A stretch of DNA of 64,000 bases from an uncultured virus (IMG/VR IMGVR_UViG_3300036770_004343) (IMGVR_UViG_3300036770_004343:1-64000); one strand, 5' to 3'. Positions 25,211 to 35,986 are shown, counted from the stretch's first letter. Notes: generated by a model not told the origin, from the sequence alone. A program made the numbers and translations.

Positions 25211-26815
25211 ATGATTAACTTGGATATCAAGTGGTCTGATCCAGTTCAAATCGAAAAAGGTGGTGATATAACCTTTCAACGTGAGTGGACAATTACACCT
25301 GCTTACTTAAATCAATTCTTTGCTTACTGGAAAGTAAACAAACTGATGTTGAAAAGTAAAGGTTACGGAGTCACAAAACGAAATGAGGACTGGGTTCTTA
25401 CAGAAACCAAAGATAATCCAACACTATTCAGAGATCCAAAGAAACCCAAACAAAAAGTAGACGAAACACTACCAGACTATGAAGTAAAATTGCCAGATGG
25501 TTTACGTCCGTGGCAAGTTGGCGCTGTAGGCAAGATAGTATCTTCACTCAAGAAGTGGGGTGCTGCCGTTGATGGTAGCGACGTAGGCATCGGCAAGACA
25601 TACACTGCAACAGCTGTAGCGAGAGAGTTAAATATGGACATTATGATTGTATGTCCTAAAGCAGTTAAAGAATCGTGGAAACGTGTTATTAAGAACCACT
25701 TTAAAATGTGGGGCAAGTGTGTAGGTATTACTAACTATGAAGCTCTACGTACTGGTAAAACTGATAATATATTTGCCTCTTATGTAAAACGTAGAGATAC
25801 CCACCGTAAAGAATTTGTCTGGAAAATACCTAAGAATACTCTCATTGTATGGGATGAAGCACAAAAGTTAAAGAATGCCAAGACCAAAAATAGTGAAATG
25901 TGTATGGCAGCACTTAAACAAGGTTACAAGATGTTGTTTTGTAGTGCTACAATGGCAACCAATCCATTAGAACTACGCACTGTTGGGCAATGTATTCAGT
26001 TGTTTAAAAACAACAAACAGTATTATGAATGGGCATATGCACACGGTGTTACTAGAGGTAGATTTGGATTGGAGTTTCGTGGTAATACAGATGCTTTGAA
26101 GAAACTAAGCAATGATATATTTGTTAACAGAGGCGTTCGTCTCAATCGTGATGCCATTCCTAACTTTCCAGAAAGTCAGATTATTGCTGAATGTTATGAA
26201 ATGGAAAAAGAAGATCAAGACAAGATCAATTCGGCTTATGCGGAAATGCAACTTGAGTTGTTGAAGATTGAAAAACTACTCAAGAAAGACAAAAAGAGCA
26301 CAGAACTTACAGCTATTTTAAGAGCTAGACAAAAAGTGGAAATGATTAAAGTTCCACTATTTGTAGAAATGGTTGAAGAAGCTCTTGAAAACAATATGAG
26401 TGTTGCTGTATTCTTAAACTTTACAGAGACTATTGAAGCACTCAGTCAAAGGTTGAATACCAAATGCATTGTTAATGGTGAAGCTAAATATGCTAAAGCT
26501 CGTCAACAAAACATAGATGATTTTCAGGCAGATAAACAAAGGGTTATATTAATAAATCTCGCTGCTGGTGGTGCTGGTTTGAGTTTACACGATGTTACTG
26601 GTAAGTATCCTCGTTTGGCTTTGATCAGTCCATCCTATTCAGCTGTCAATATGAGACAGGCTACTGGTAGAGTGTGGCGTGATAGTGCAAAGAGTAAAAG
26701 TATACAGAAGATTGTGTTTGTGTCAGGCACAGTCGAAGAAAAAGTGTGTAACAGTGTAAATCAAAAGTTAGCTAACTTGGATTTACTTAACGATGGAGAT
26801 ATGAACTATGTCTAA
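25211..26815 (+). CDS. Superfamily 2 (SNF2-like) helicase
   Basis: GIGKT, DEAQ, SAT, GAGLSL, QATGRVWR. Confidence 0.9.
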   Translation: MINLDIKWSDPVQIEKGGDITFQREWTITPAYLNQFFAYWKVNKLMLKSKGYGVTKRNEDWVLTETKDNPTLFRDPKKPKQKVDETLPDYEVKLPDGLRPWQVGAVGKIVSSLKKWGAAVDGSDVGIGKTYTATAVARELNMDIMIVCPKAVKESWKRVIKNHFKMWGKCVGITNYEALRTGKTDNIFASYVKRRDTHRKEFVWKIPKNTLIVWDEAQKLKNAKTKNSEMCMAALKQGYKMLFCSATMATNPLELRTVGQCIQLFKNNKQYYEWAYAHGVTRGRFGLEFRGNTDALKKLSNDIFVNRGVRLNRDAIPNFPESQIIAECYEMEKEDQDKINSAYAEMQLELLKIEKLLKKDKKSTELTAILRARQKVEMIKVPLFVEMVEEALENNMSVAVFLNFTETIEALSQRLNTKCIVNGEAKYAKARQQNIDDFQADKQRVILINLAAGGAGLSLHDVTGKYPRLALISPSYSAVNMRQATGRVWRDSAKSKSIQKIVFVSGTVEEKVCNSVNQKLANLDLLNDGDMNYV

Positions 26816-27146
26816 AGAAAAAAATAAATATCTAGTAAAGTCAGCTAATTGGTCTATGACTGTACAAGTTGATGAATCAATATTCAACGATCCACACATA
26901 GAAGCGTGTACAAAGTGTATCGAAGACAAAATTAAAAATTTAAGAAACGATGATGACTTTTTAGTTAATCCCATAATGATAGTTAAATCGTTAAAAAGAA
27001 AAAATAGCAAAGAAAAAATAGTAAACACTTATAAAGTGCTTTTAAACGCTTCTTTTCCGTATAGAGCAGAAACATTGCGTAGAGTGTTTTATGATAGCAC
27101 AGAAATAGATTTAGCGAAAGAGCCGTTATCATCATCTAAATTCTAA
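26808..27146 (+). CDS. Hypothetical protein
   Basis: 112 aa, coupled to neighbours. Confidence 0.6.
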   Translation: MSKEKNKYLVKSANWSMTVQVDESIFNDPHIEACTKCIEDKIKNLRNDDDFLVNPIMIVKSLKRKNSKEKIVNTYKVLLNASFPYRAETLRRVFYDSTEIDLAKEPLSSSKF

Positions 27147-27889
27147 TGGACAACATATTCGACAATCAAGAAATTACCCGTAAGTTAAAAGAACTTGATG
27201 AACTTAAAAGTAAAGTTGAAAAACTATTATCGTTAAGTGAATTGGGTGAGGATGTAAAACAAGAAATTGAAAAGATAAGAATTTTACAATCCAAGGGTAT
27301 AACTATTCCGCATTTAGAAAAACAATATGCGGACCAATTATACCCCAAGAGACCAACAGATGGTAATAAAAGAAAGCCTATTACAGAGTCTGAAATTTTA
27401 GAAGCAATTGAAAGAACGCCTTCAGCTAGAAAAGCAGCTAAATTTTTGGGTGTAAGCTATCCCACATTTAAAACCTATTCTAAAAAATATGGTGTACATA
27501 AAACCAAGGGATGGCCAATAGTAAAAAGTGTACACATAAGAGGTCCAATTAGTCCATACAGAGGAAAATATCCTATCAATGATATATTAGATGGAAAACA
27601 CCCAGAGTTTCCAGTTCATAGATTAAAAGATAAATTGATTAGAGCCAATATTAAAAAACCAGAATGTGAACAATGTGGTTTCAAAGAAAGAAGAATTGTT
27701 GATGGCAAGTTACCACTGTTACTAAACTTTGACGATGGCAATAACAAAAATCACAAATTAGATAATATGAGACTATTATGTTATAATTGTACGTTTACCA
27801 GCGGAAAAGGTTATATTAGCAAAGGTCCAAAAATATTTGATCCTGATATATTGCAAGACAGTAAAAAGATTTTAAGACAAAGATTTTAA
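27146..27889 (+). CDS. HTH + degenerate HNH zinc-finger protein
   Basis: SARKAAKFLGVSYPT; CEQC...NFDDGNNKN...NMRLLCYNC. Confidence 0.7.
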   Translation: MDNIFDNQEITRKLKELDELKSKVEKLLSLSELGEDVKQEIEKIRILQSKGITIPHLEKQYADQLYPKRPTDGNKRKPITESEILEAIERTPSARKAAKFLGVSYPTFKTYSKKYGVHKTKGWPIVKSVHIRGPISPYRGKYPINDILDGKHPEFPVHRLKDKLIRANIKKPECEQCGFKERRIVDGKLPLLLNFDDGNNKNHKLDNMRLLCYNCTFTSGKGYISKGPKIFDPDILQDSKKILRQRF

Positions 27890-27909
27890 CCCATATATAT
27901 AATATTATA

Positions 27910-28380
27910 ATGAATAATATAAAACATCTATTGTCGCAAAATGGCATATTGGCATCATTCAATATATGTAAAAAAATTAGTCCTACAAAAATAAAAAGCA
28001 TAAAAAAGAAACTGTTAGATAAAGGTGTTGCAAAAGATAAACTAGAGGATGAACTTTACAAACACATTGCAAACAAACACGTAGATAATTCAGACATAGA
28101 AGATATACCAGGTATAATATTAGAAGGTGTACCACCTAAAATTAAAATAAAGCCGGATGTTCAGAAAAAAATAGTTTCGATGTCAAACTCAGCAAGCAGT
28201 TACTTCAAGAAAAACAAATTAACAAAAGAAGAAATAATATTATATATACAGGCTGTGTTTTTTCTGTGTGGAATAACAAATGACGATGTTGTAAAATTTA
28301 AAGAAAAATATAATATTAATAATGACGCTGACGATGACTATTTAGATGAAGAGGACGAAGATGATGAACCTGGTTTTTAA
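27910..28380 (+). CDS. Hypothetical protein with an acidic tail
   Basis: 156 aa. Confidence 0.6.
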   Translation: MNNIKHLLSQNGILASFNICKKISPTKIKSIKKKLLDKGVAKDKLEDELYKHIANKHVDNSDIEDIPGIILEGVPPKIKIKPDVQKKIVSMSNSASSYFKKNKLTKEEIILYIQAVFFLCGITNDDVVKFKEKYNINNDADDDYLDEEDEDDEPGF

Positions 28381-29496
28381 ATGAAATATCTTATGGAAAT
28401 ATATAATATAAATGATGTGGTTTCTTTCACAGAAAACAAAAAAGTTGCATTTGTGACGGGTGTTACTGGTCAAGATGGTAGTCTTATGGTAGATTATCTA
28501 CTTAAAAATACAGACTACTTTGTAGTGGGGGGTGCTAGAAGATTGAGTATCAAAAACCACGAAAATATTAGACATTTGGAAAATAATCCCAGATTTAAAT
28601 TGGTAAACTTTGATCTAAGTGATGCTCATAGTATTAGCAAAATAGTAGAGAAGTTAAAACCAGATTATTTTATCAATTTAGCTGCACAAACGTTTGTAGG
28701 TTCTAGCTGGGACTTTCCAGCACAAACTTGGGAATGTAATACAACTGGTGTGATTCATATATTAGAAGCAATTAGACAACACAAACCTTCTTGTAGATTT
28801 TACAACGCTGGCAGTAGCGAAGAATATGGCAATGTAGCATACACACCACAAGACGAAAATCATCCAGCAAAACCACGTAGTCCATATGGAGCGAGTAAAT
28901 CAGCTGCAAGACAATTGGTTAAAGTGTACAGAGAATCCTATAATTTGTATGCGGTACAAGGTTTATTGTTTAATCACGAAGGTATTAGAAGAGGTGAAGA
29001 ATTTGTCACACGTAAGATTACAAAGGGTGTAGCTAGAATCAAGAAAGCTATATCTGAAGGCAAATCATTTGAACCGATTGAATTGGGAAATGTAAAAGCC
29101 AGAAGAGATTGGAGTGATGCTGAAGATTTTGTTGATGGTATCTGGAAAATGTTAAATCAAACACATCCTAATGAATATGTTCTTTCTAGTAATGAAACAC
29201 ATACCATTGCGGAATTTGTATGGTTTGCTTTTAAATCCGCTGATATTGAAGGTGCTTGGCACGGAGAAGCAGAAAGATCGGAATTTAGTATCACCACAAA
29301 AGATGCAATTAAATATGAACCCGTAACATCTGTTTTAGTCAAAATCAATCCCAAATTCTATAGACCAGCTGAAGTAGATTTGTTATTGGGTGATAGTACC
29401 AAAGCTAGAAATGAATTGAAATGGGAACCAAAAACATCATTTGAACAACTTGTAGACAAGATGGTTGTCAATGATTTAAAACAAATAGGACTATGA
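28381..29496 (+). CDS. gmd: GDP-mannose 4,6-dehydratase
   Basis: TGVTGQDG, LAAQ, PRSPYGASK, LFNHE, FVTRKI, RPAEVDLLLGD. Confidence 0.93.
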   Translation: MKYLMEIYNINDVVSFTENKKVAFVTGVTGQDGSLMVDYLLKNTDYFVVGGARRLSIKNHENIRHLENNPRFKLVNFDLSDAHSISKIVEKLKPDYFINLAAQTFVGSSWDFPAQTWECNTTGVIHILEAIRQHKPSCRFYNAGSSEEYGNVAYTPQDENHPAKPRSPYGASKSAARQLVKVYRESYNLYAVQGLLFNHEGIRRGEEFVTRKITKGVARIKKAISEGKSFEPIELGNVKARRDWSDAEDFVDGIWKMLNQTHPNEYVLSSNETHTIAEFVWFAFKSADIEGAWHGEAERSEFSITTKDAIKYEPVTSVLVKINPKFYRPAEVDLLLGDSTKARNELKWEPKTSFEQLVDKMVVNDLKQIGL

Positions 29497-29891
29497 CTGA
29501 CACGTATACATTATATAACAACACCGTAATGGATCATTTTATGAACCCAAGAAATATGGGTGATATAAAAGAAGCAGATGCCATAGGTGAAGTTGGCGCA
29601 GCAGCTTGCGGCGATATTATGAAGATCAGTCTCAAGATAGACGAATCTACACAAACAGTTACCGATGCAAGATTCAAAACTTTTGGATGTGGTAGTGCGA
29701 TAGCCGCTTCATCTATGGCTACAGAATTAATTAAAGGCAGAACCATAGAAGAACTTGAAAAGAATTTTACTAATGATAATATAGTAGATGCACTAGGCGG
29801 CCTTCCACCAGTAAAAATTCACTGTTCGGTTTTGGCACACGAAGCACTGAGTGCAGCATTAGAAGATTACAAAAAAAGAAAAGGAATATAA
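29493..29891 (+). CDS. iscU: Fe-S cluster scaffold IscU/NifU-N
   Basis: DHFMNPRN, CGD, FKTFGCGSAIA, LPPVKIHCS. Confidence 0.93.
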   Translation: MTDTYTLYNNTVMDHFMNPRNMGDIKEADAIGEVGAAACGDIMKISLKIDESTQTVTDARFKTFGCGSAIAASSMATELIKGRTIEELEKNFTNDNIVDALGGLPPVKIHCSVLAHEALSAALEDYKKRKGI

Positions 29892-29894
29892 ATT

Positions 29895-30158
29895 ATGTTT
29901 AACAATAAAATAGATGGTATGAATATGCCACAACCAAATGTTAATTTTGGACTAAAAGATACACAATCCGTACAATGCACCGAATGTCAAGGTGCGGTTT
30001 TTCAAAACGGAGTTATGTTCAGAAAAGTCAGCAAAATACTAGCTGGAACAGATAAAGATGCATTGGTGCCAATTAATATTCCATATTGTGTGAACTGTTT
30101 GGAACCGTTGGACGATTTGCTTCCGTCTGAACTTAGAAAACAAAAATTTAGTTTGTAA
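29895..30158 (+). CDS. Small zinc-ribbon protein
   Basis: CTEC...CVNC. Confidence 0.7.
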   Translation: MFNNKIDGMNMPQPNVNFGLKDTQSVQCTECQGAVFQNGVMFRKVSKILAGTDKDALVPINIPYCVNCLEPLDDLLPSELRKQKFSL

Positions 30159-30164
30159 ACCCAC

Positions 30165-30187
30165 AACCCCTTAAAAAAGGGGTTTTT
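30165..30187 (+). terminator. Rho-independent terminator between convergent genes
   Basis: AACCCCTT-AAAA-AAGGGGTT-TTT. Confidence 0.75.
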
Positions 30188-31574
30188 ATTTGTAGTTATA
30201 TTTTGTCTTGATCGTCTTTGGATAAAAATGTAAACAGTCTAGTACGTCTTTATCATCAAAAACTGCCCATTTCTGCCTATCATCATTATACCAATTGTGA
30301 TAAACTTCCATATTAAATGGAGATTCTAGTGTGTAGCTGACAAGTGAATCTGTGATAGACAAAAATTCTTTTTCAGCACCAAACTTACCACATATAACTT
30401 TGTTACCAATTTTTTTAGCAGTATATGTACACAGACCAAATCCTTCACCTCTATTTAATGTAAAATATACATCTCCAAATTCGTGAATTAGATTTACTTC
30501 GTCATCACTTAAACTATCAAAACAAAATATAATAGGTGGAATATTATCATAATTATTAAGAAGTTCTGCGAACTTATATTTCAACATTTCGGTTTGCGCT
30601 ACTGTAAACTCTTTGAAATATGTTTTGATAAACAAACAAACATTGTCATCACCTGTGAATTTACTGCAAAATGTAGATATAACTTGATTTATGTTTTTAC
30701 GTTCGTTATATTGACTAATGTTATAATATACAGTGTTGTTATCTATAATACTTTTAACAAGATTTGATGATTGTGTATAAACACCGTCTTTGTAAATAAA
30801 AAATTTATTTAATACATTGTTTACGCTTAAGTTGTCATTGTGTACAAAGCTAAAAATATCGTGATACCAAACATTTATATTTTTAACTACGCCACTATCA
30901 ATAAAAGATTTTTTATTAAAAAATGAAGGAACTATAACTTCATCTACCACACTTAAATTTATATAATCGACCCACTGTGAATGTAGATGAGTAGTTTCCC
31001 ACGTTGTGAGACCGTATACTTTTTTTGAATTTTTACAATATTCTTTAACCTCATTCCAACCAATTGGAACGTGGTGTATAATCATTGAGTCATAAACAAT
31101 CTTAGGATCATATTTGTTTTCACAATTAAAAACCAAACGTTCTTCTTCATTACAAGGTTCATATATGGATTTGTCGAAAACATTATTAATCCAGTGAACT
31201 GTATATCCATTTTGCAATAATTGAAATATATAATTTCTAGCGGAATAGCTATAACCACTGTAATTGTTCTGGGAAATATAAAGTATGCTTTTACCGTTTA
31301 TAAAATTAAAATTCTTAAATATATGGGCAAACATTATTTCATATGTGTCCAATCTAATTATTTTAAAAATTACATCATTCTTAAAAAAATCTATGTTTTT
31401 GTTTAGACCCGAATAATATCCAGTATTAGTGTATAGGTTTATAACCTCGGAGTGTAATGGTATTTTGGTCGTATTATCTTCCCACAAAAATAAAGCATTG
31501 ACATCATTAACATCAGTACCTATCAAAACTTCTATATTAAGAGGAGATTTTCTAGCATTTATCAGTTTGACCAT
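30186..31574 (-). CDS. GT-B (GT4-like) glycosyltransferase
   Basis: SGYS--AR, TWET, VPS, ERKN, RGEGFGL. Confidence 0.8.
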   Translation of the reverse strand: MVKLINARKSPLNIEVLIGTDVNDVNALFLWEDNTTKIPLHSEVINLYTNTGYYSGLNKNIDFFKNDVIFKIIRLDTYEIMFAHIFKNFNFINGKSILYISQNNYSGYSYSARNYIFQLLQNGYTVHWINNVFDKSIYEPCNEEERLVFNCENKYDPKIVYDSMIIHHVPIGWNEVKEYCKNSKKVYGLTTWETTHLHSQWVDYINLSVVDEVIVPSFFNKKSFIDSGVVKNINVWYHDIFSFVHNDNLSVNNVLNKFFIYKDGVYTQSSNLVKSIIDNNTVYYNISQYNERKNINQVISTFCSKFTGDDNVCLFIKTYFKEFTVAQTEMLKYKFAELLNNYDNIPPIIFCFDSLSDDEVNLIHEFGDVYFTLNRGEGFGLCTYTAKKIGNKVICGKFGAEKEFLSITDSLVSYTLESPFNMEVYHNWYNDDRQKWAVFDDKDVLDCLHFYPKTIKTKYNYK

Positions 31575-31595
31575 AACAAAAATAACTATATTAAA

Positions 31596-31934
31596 CTAAT
31601 CAAGCAACATTTTTTTATTACTTACTTTTTCATCAATTATACCCATCTTTCCCTTAAGCATTCTCAAAGCAGCTTTGGGATTCATTTTGCCAAAGTTAAA
31701 TCCCATTATTCCGTATCTTTGACAAAACTCTTCTAACTCTTGAATATCTTTTGGGTCATATTGTTGAACTACATCATTATTATAACCTGTATCAGTATCT
31801 ACATTTGATTGTCTACGTCTCAACATAGCTTGGTAGGGATCAAAGCCATTAATAGATGATACAGGCGCACTCTGTTGACGCATTACCATCATAGCTTGTA
31901 AGTTACCCATACCTATTGTTGGCCACTCACTCAT
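31596..31934 (-). CDS. Hypothetical protein
   Basis: 112 aa. Confidence 0.6.
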   Translation of the reverse strand: MSEWPTIGMGNLQAMMVMRQQSAPVSSINGFDPYQAMLRRRQSNVDTDTGYNNDVVQQYDPKDIQELEEFCQRYGIMGFNFGKMNPKAALRMLKGKMGIIDEKVSNKKMLLD

Positions 31935-31937
31935 AAA

Positions 31938-34547
31938 TTAGAAATAATAGTTAAAACCAAAATATTCAGACAAGAAACGTTTCAAGAACTCATTGTTTCT
32001 TCCTTTTAATTCTTTACCACCAGCATATCTCTTATACTCATCCCTCATACCACCCAAATCATTTTTCAACGCAAATTCTGTAAACTTAGGAAATTTCTTT
32101 AATGTACCCATATTGAATACAAAATCAATAAACATTTCTTCTTGTTTTGGAGTCAATTTCATACCACCAAGTTCCTTATAAACTTGATCTTTTGCTTTAA
32201 CCAAATCTTTTTTCAACAATTCTTCGGCTTGAGCATCAGTTATACCTTTACTAAAATCTTCTCCTTTTTGGATTTTATGACCGTATCCAATGGTATCACT
32301 TCCACCTTCAAAACTCTTATGTGGAAACCATAACTTTTTTTGCGCGTCATATCCAACCTTACCTTGATTTTCTACCTTTTTAATATAATCAGTAAACGAA
32401 CCAGATGATTTTTGAACGGATTGAGTCACAGATGGTTGATCAGTTTGTTTTATTTTAGCAGCATCTACGTTACCAGTAGTTGCTGCCAATCCCAAAGCAC
32501 CAGCTGCTCCAGCTCTGAGCCAATTTTTCCAATCTTCTTGCAACTTGATAGACTCAAGAAGATGTTCTGCTAATTGTGGTTCTGTATTGAATATAAAATC
32601 TTTAAGTAATTTACCTTTTCCAGTAGCAACAATTTTTATATTCTTGTCTATGATAAAATCCTCTATCGCATCTTTTGTTTCTCGTCTCAACTTTGAAGAT
32701 AAAAAGTCATAATTTGGAAGATTTGAGAGCGTTAAAAATTCACTCTGAATATCAAATACACCACGTACATAACCTTTAGCTACAGCGTTCTCGTATGTAT
32801 CTACTAAAGTCGCACCTACTAAAGACTTATCATTATTCTTGATCCAATCTTCATGACTATTACCTACATCTACTACTTTACCATTTGGAGTGAACCAATA
32901 TTTTTTGTAGTAACTGTTTTCATCCAAAGTTCTACCTTCTGCGCCAAAATGGTCTAGATGATGATATACATCGTCCAAATATTCACCTGCTAAGTTCAAC
33001 TTAGCTTTTACCCAATCTTCCAATTGAGTATTTGGTTGCAACATTGTTTCCAACTCCTTTGCATCACTGTTGAGTTGTTTCAAAGCTCCCATAGCCATAC
33101 TACTATTGAATTCTTTGATCATATGACGAACAACAGCTTCATAGATTTCTCTTACGGGCTTACTTTTGGTATGTTTACCAGCTTGTCTTAATCTTCTAGC
33201 TTTACAATGAGCTTTTTGACTAAATCCTTTTGGGTTACTACAATTAATGCTCTTCTTGTATGTATTACTCCACTTTTCATCTATTTGATCTTCTGGCGTA
33301 CCAGCTTCTTTTTCATCACGATAAAACTTCAAGTAATCTCTTACTGTAGCTACATAATCACACGCGTGATTCAACTTAGCCTTTACCCAGTCTTCCAAAT
33401 TATCATCTACACTAAACATTGACTGTAGTTTTTCACTATAATCAATTATCTTTGTTATATCACTTTGTGCCATTTCGGCATTTTCTGCTTTTAATTTACC
33501 AACGTGATGTTTAACATCGTTATTAATAGGGTGATCTGGATCTCCAACTCCTGTTGACATAGAATTCATCCACTGTTTTTTAGTCAATTCTTTCAATGAT
33601 GCATCCGTCCAATTCTTTACATCTATTTTTCCTTTTTGATGTAATTTAATCAAATCTGAACTATTAAATGTGTATTTACTTAAACCATTTAATTTTGTTG
33701 TCAGTTCTGGAAATTGTTTGCCTAAACCAATTAATACCGAGTCCAAAGCACTCTTGGTTACGATGTCGCTCGCAGAAACATTTGATTTGCCAAGTTGTTT
33801 TATTTTTTCTAATTTACCAATCAATTTCAGAGCGTAGTTCTTATAAGATTGATAAGCGTTATAATTAGACATTGCTGTATCGTTTGATTCGGTCATAGAT
33901 TGTAATTTCTTTAAAGCTTTTGCATAACTAACTGGTAATTCAGCTGTTTTCATATGTGCGGTTTGTACGAAGTCTTTTTCTTTTTTAGTTAATTTGGGTT
34001 TTTCAGAAGCAATTTTTGGAACAAAACTACTTACTAATTGAAATTTACTTGATGGATCTGATCCAGCCATTCCCATTTGAATGTATGTAGAATTTACCGG
34101 AAACTCAACCAAATACTCTTTTAAAGTGTTATATTGATTTTGTGTTATAGAGGTGTTCCAAATAGCTACAAAGTAATAATTTTTGTTTTGTAAAGTAACC
34201 AACCAAGATCTACCACTCAAACAAGTTCTTCGTAAAAACTCCATATCATCTTGCCCTCGATATTTATCTTTACGTATGTTTTGTAATTCTTTACTACCAG
34301 CATAAATTGTTTCTTTGTGGTCAGATCCAATGCGACCTTTTAATATTAATTTTTTATCACCGTCATTATAGATTATGAAGCCATATCCATTTTCTTCGGT
34401 TCCTGTAAATATAGGCGCATATTGTCCAGTGCCACGTTCAAGAGCACTTAACGTAAAACCTCTAGCAGAAGGTGGGGTGTCCATTATATCACCTGGACCC
34501 CCCACCATATATTCCACTTTACTTATTTGTATAGGATATGATTTCAA
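31938..34547 (-). CDS. 869-aa modular protein with a duplicated helical domain and a C-terminal T4-type (GH24-like) lysozyme
   Basis: Two LEDWVKAKLN repeats; SINC-NPKGFSQKAHC module; KKVE...TIGYGH...FNMG..KFPKF. Confidence 0.75.
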   Translation of the reverse strand: MKSYPIQISKVEYMVGGPGDIMDTPPSARGFTLSALERGTGQYAPIFTGTEENGYGFIIYNDGDKKLILKGRIGSDHKETIYAGSKELQNIRKDKYRGQDDMEFLRRTCLSGRSWLVTLQNKNYYFVAIWNTSITQNQYNTLKEYLVEFPVNSTYIQMGMAGSDPSSKFQLVSSFVPKIASEKPKLTKKEKDFVQTAHMKTAELPVSYAKALKKLQSMTESNDTAMSNYNAYQSYKNYALKLIGKLEKIKQLGKSNVSASDIVTKSALDSVLIGLGKQFPELTTKLNGLSKYTFNSSDLIKLHQKGKIDVKNWTDASLKELTKKQWMNSMSTGVGDPDHPINNDVKHHVGKLKAENAEMAQSDITKIIDYSEKLQSMFSVDDNLEDWVKAKLNHACDYVATVRDYLKFYRDEKEAGTPEDQIDEKWSNTYKKSINCSNPKGFSQKAHCKARRLRQAGKHTKSKPVREIYEAVVRHMIKEFNSSMAMGALKQLNSDAKELETMLQPNTQLEDWVKAKLNLAGEYLDDVYHHLDHFGAEGRTLDENSYYKKYWFTPNGKVVDVGNSHEDWIKNNDKSLVGATLVDTYENAVAKGYVRGVFDIQSEFLTLSNLPNYDFLSSKLRRETKDAIEDFIIDKNIKIVATGKGKLLKDFIFNTEPQLAEHLLESIKLQEDWKNWLRAGAAGALGLAATTGNVDAAKIKQTDQPSVTQSVQKSSGSFTDYIKKVENQGKVGYDAQKKLWFPHKSFEGGSDTIGYGHKIQKGEDFSKGITDAQAEELLKKDLVKAKDQVYKELGGMKLTPKQEEMFIDFVFNMGTLKKFPKFTEFALKNDLGGMRDEYKRYAGGKELKGRNNEFLKRFLSEYFGFNYYF

Positions 34548-34554
34548 ACCGTTA

Positions 34555-35787
34555 TTATAAACTTTCCTTTAATTTACGAAGTGTCATTGCCAATCTAGCA
34601 CGTTGACCCATTTTTCCACCCTTCTTAGCAGCTGCTGCTAATTTACCGGCTGGAATCTTTTCGCCTGCTGGTACGTTAAGAGCTTTCTTCAAAGCACCTT
34701 TTTTGCCTGGGTGAATTGCTTTTTGAATCCACTTTTTCTTGGTTTCATCAATTTCTTTGGATTGTTCAAATGTAATTTCACCCACAGTATCTTGTTCTTC
34801 ACCAGCTTCAGCTTCACCACCAGCAGATCCTTGAGGAGGTAATTGATCTTGATCCATAGTTGGAACTTGATCTTGAGCTTCGTCTCCTTCTGGTTGTTCA
34901 GGTTGTAGTTGAGTCATCAACAAATCGTGTAGTTTTTGAGCAAGTTCACGATCAAGAGTGATAGTTACATTTTCTTTTTCTGCATCTACACTTACATCGT
35001 CTTGTTCAATCTCACGAATCATTCGTTTGATAGCTTCTTTTAATTCTTGTTTATTCATAGTTGTTTGTTTGTTTTCTGCATATCCTACAAAATCATATCC
35101 ACTTCCAAATGTGCCTTGACCATCTGAAGAAACTTGTGATGGAAATGGACTTTCCATAGCTCTAGCTGGATAAGCTTCACTCATTCTCCAACCGCCGCCT
35201 TTGGATTTATACCATCTAGCTGCCCATCCATTAGCATAAGCACTTGGATAAACATCAAACTTGGATCTTGCAGCGGCCTTAGCTCTAGCCCACAAAGCGG
35301 GATTTGTTGGTTTTGGCTTTCTCTTTTTACCGCCTTTTTTTCTTCTTTTCTTTTCATCCAATATAGCTTCTTCCAAACTACTAAACACTTGTTCTTCTAA
35401 TTCAATGTCAATTGTTTTATTTACAATTGGATCACTATTTCTACCATCTACTTGACCAATTGGAGTGCCACCAGCTTTTCCGTGCATATTTCCTTGTTTT
35501 AAACCGCCATTTCCAATTCTTGATGGATCATTAAAACTTTGATTTGGGTCGCCAAATCCAGAATTGTGTGATGCTTGAAATTCACTTGCAAGACCAGCTG
35601 ACACCAACTTAGTATAATATTTTGGATCTTCTTTAAGATGATCCATTGCTATTTCCTTAGCAATATCAGGATCATTGGTGTGTTCCATTTCTATTTGAAC
35701 GCCTAAGCTTAATTGATTTGCATCAACTTGGCTGGTTTGAGTATTATCTCCAACTCCGCCTGGTAACTTTGATAAATTATTAATCAT
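34555..35787 (-). CDS. 410-aa modular protein (DUF5661-like plus basic modules)
   Basis: GVQIEMEHT...IAMDHLKEDPKYYTKL; YPSAYANGW; KKWIQKAI..GAL modules. Confidence 0.7.
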   Translation of the reverse strand: MINNLSKLPGGVGDNTQTSQVDANQLSLGVQIEMEHTNDPDIAKEIAMDHLKEDPKYYTKLVSAGLASEFQASHNSGFGDPNQSFNDPSRIGNGGLKQGNMHGKAGGTPIGQVDGRNSDPIVNKTIDIELEEQVFSSLEEAILDEKKRRKKGGKKRKPKPTNPALWARAKAAARSKFDVYPSAYANGWAARWYKSKGGGWRMSEAYPARAMESPFPSQVSSDGQGTFGSGYDFVGYAENKQTTMNKQELKEAIKRMIREIEQDDVSVDAEKENVTITLDRELAQKLHDLLMTQLQPEQPEGDEAQDQVPTMDQDQLPPQGSAGGEAEAGEEQDTVGEITFEQSKEIDETKKKWIQKAIHPGKKGALKKALNVPAGEKIPAGKLAAAAKKGGKMGQRARLAMTLRKLKESL

Positions 35788-35986
35788 TTTTCATTCCTTG
35801 TTGAAACTTTTGAAAACTTTTACCACTTCCAGCACCTGGATCTATCATCCATCTGCGACCTCTCATTACATCACTTCCCAAACTTGGATCGTGGAATTTA
35901 CCATCGCCAATATAATGCCATCCTTTATGCAAAGGTTCAGGCTTACGATACAGTGGTTTATCTTTAGCAAAATTAGCCATAATCAA
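35780..35986 (-). CDS. Hypothetical protein
   Basis: 68 aa, coupled to neighbours. Confidence 0.55.
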   Translation of the reverse strand: MIMANFAKDKPLYRKPEPLHKGWHYIGDGKFHDPSLGSDVMRGRRWMIDPGAGSGKSFQKFQQGMKND

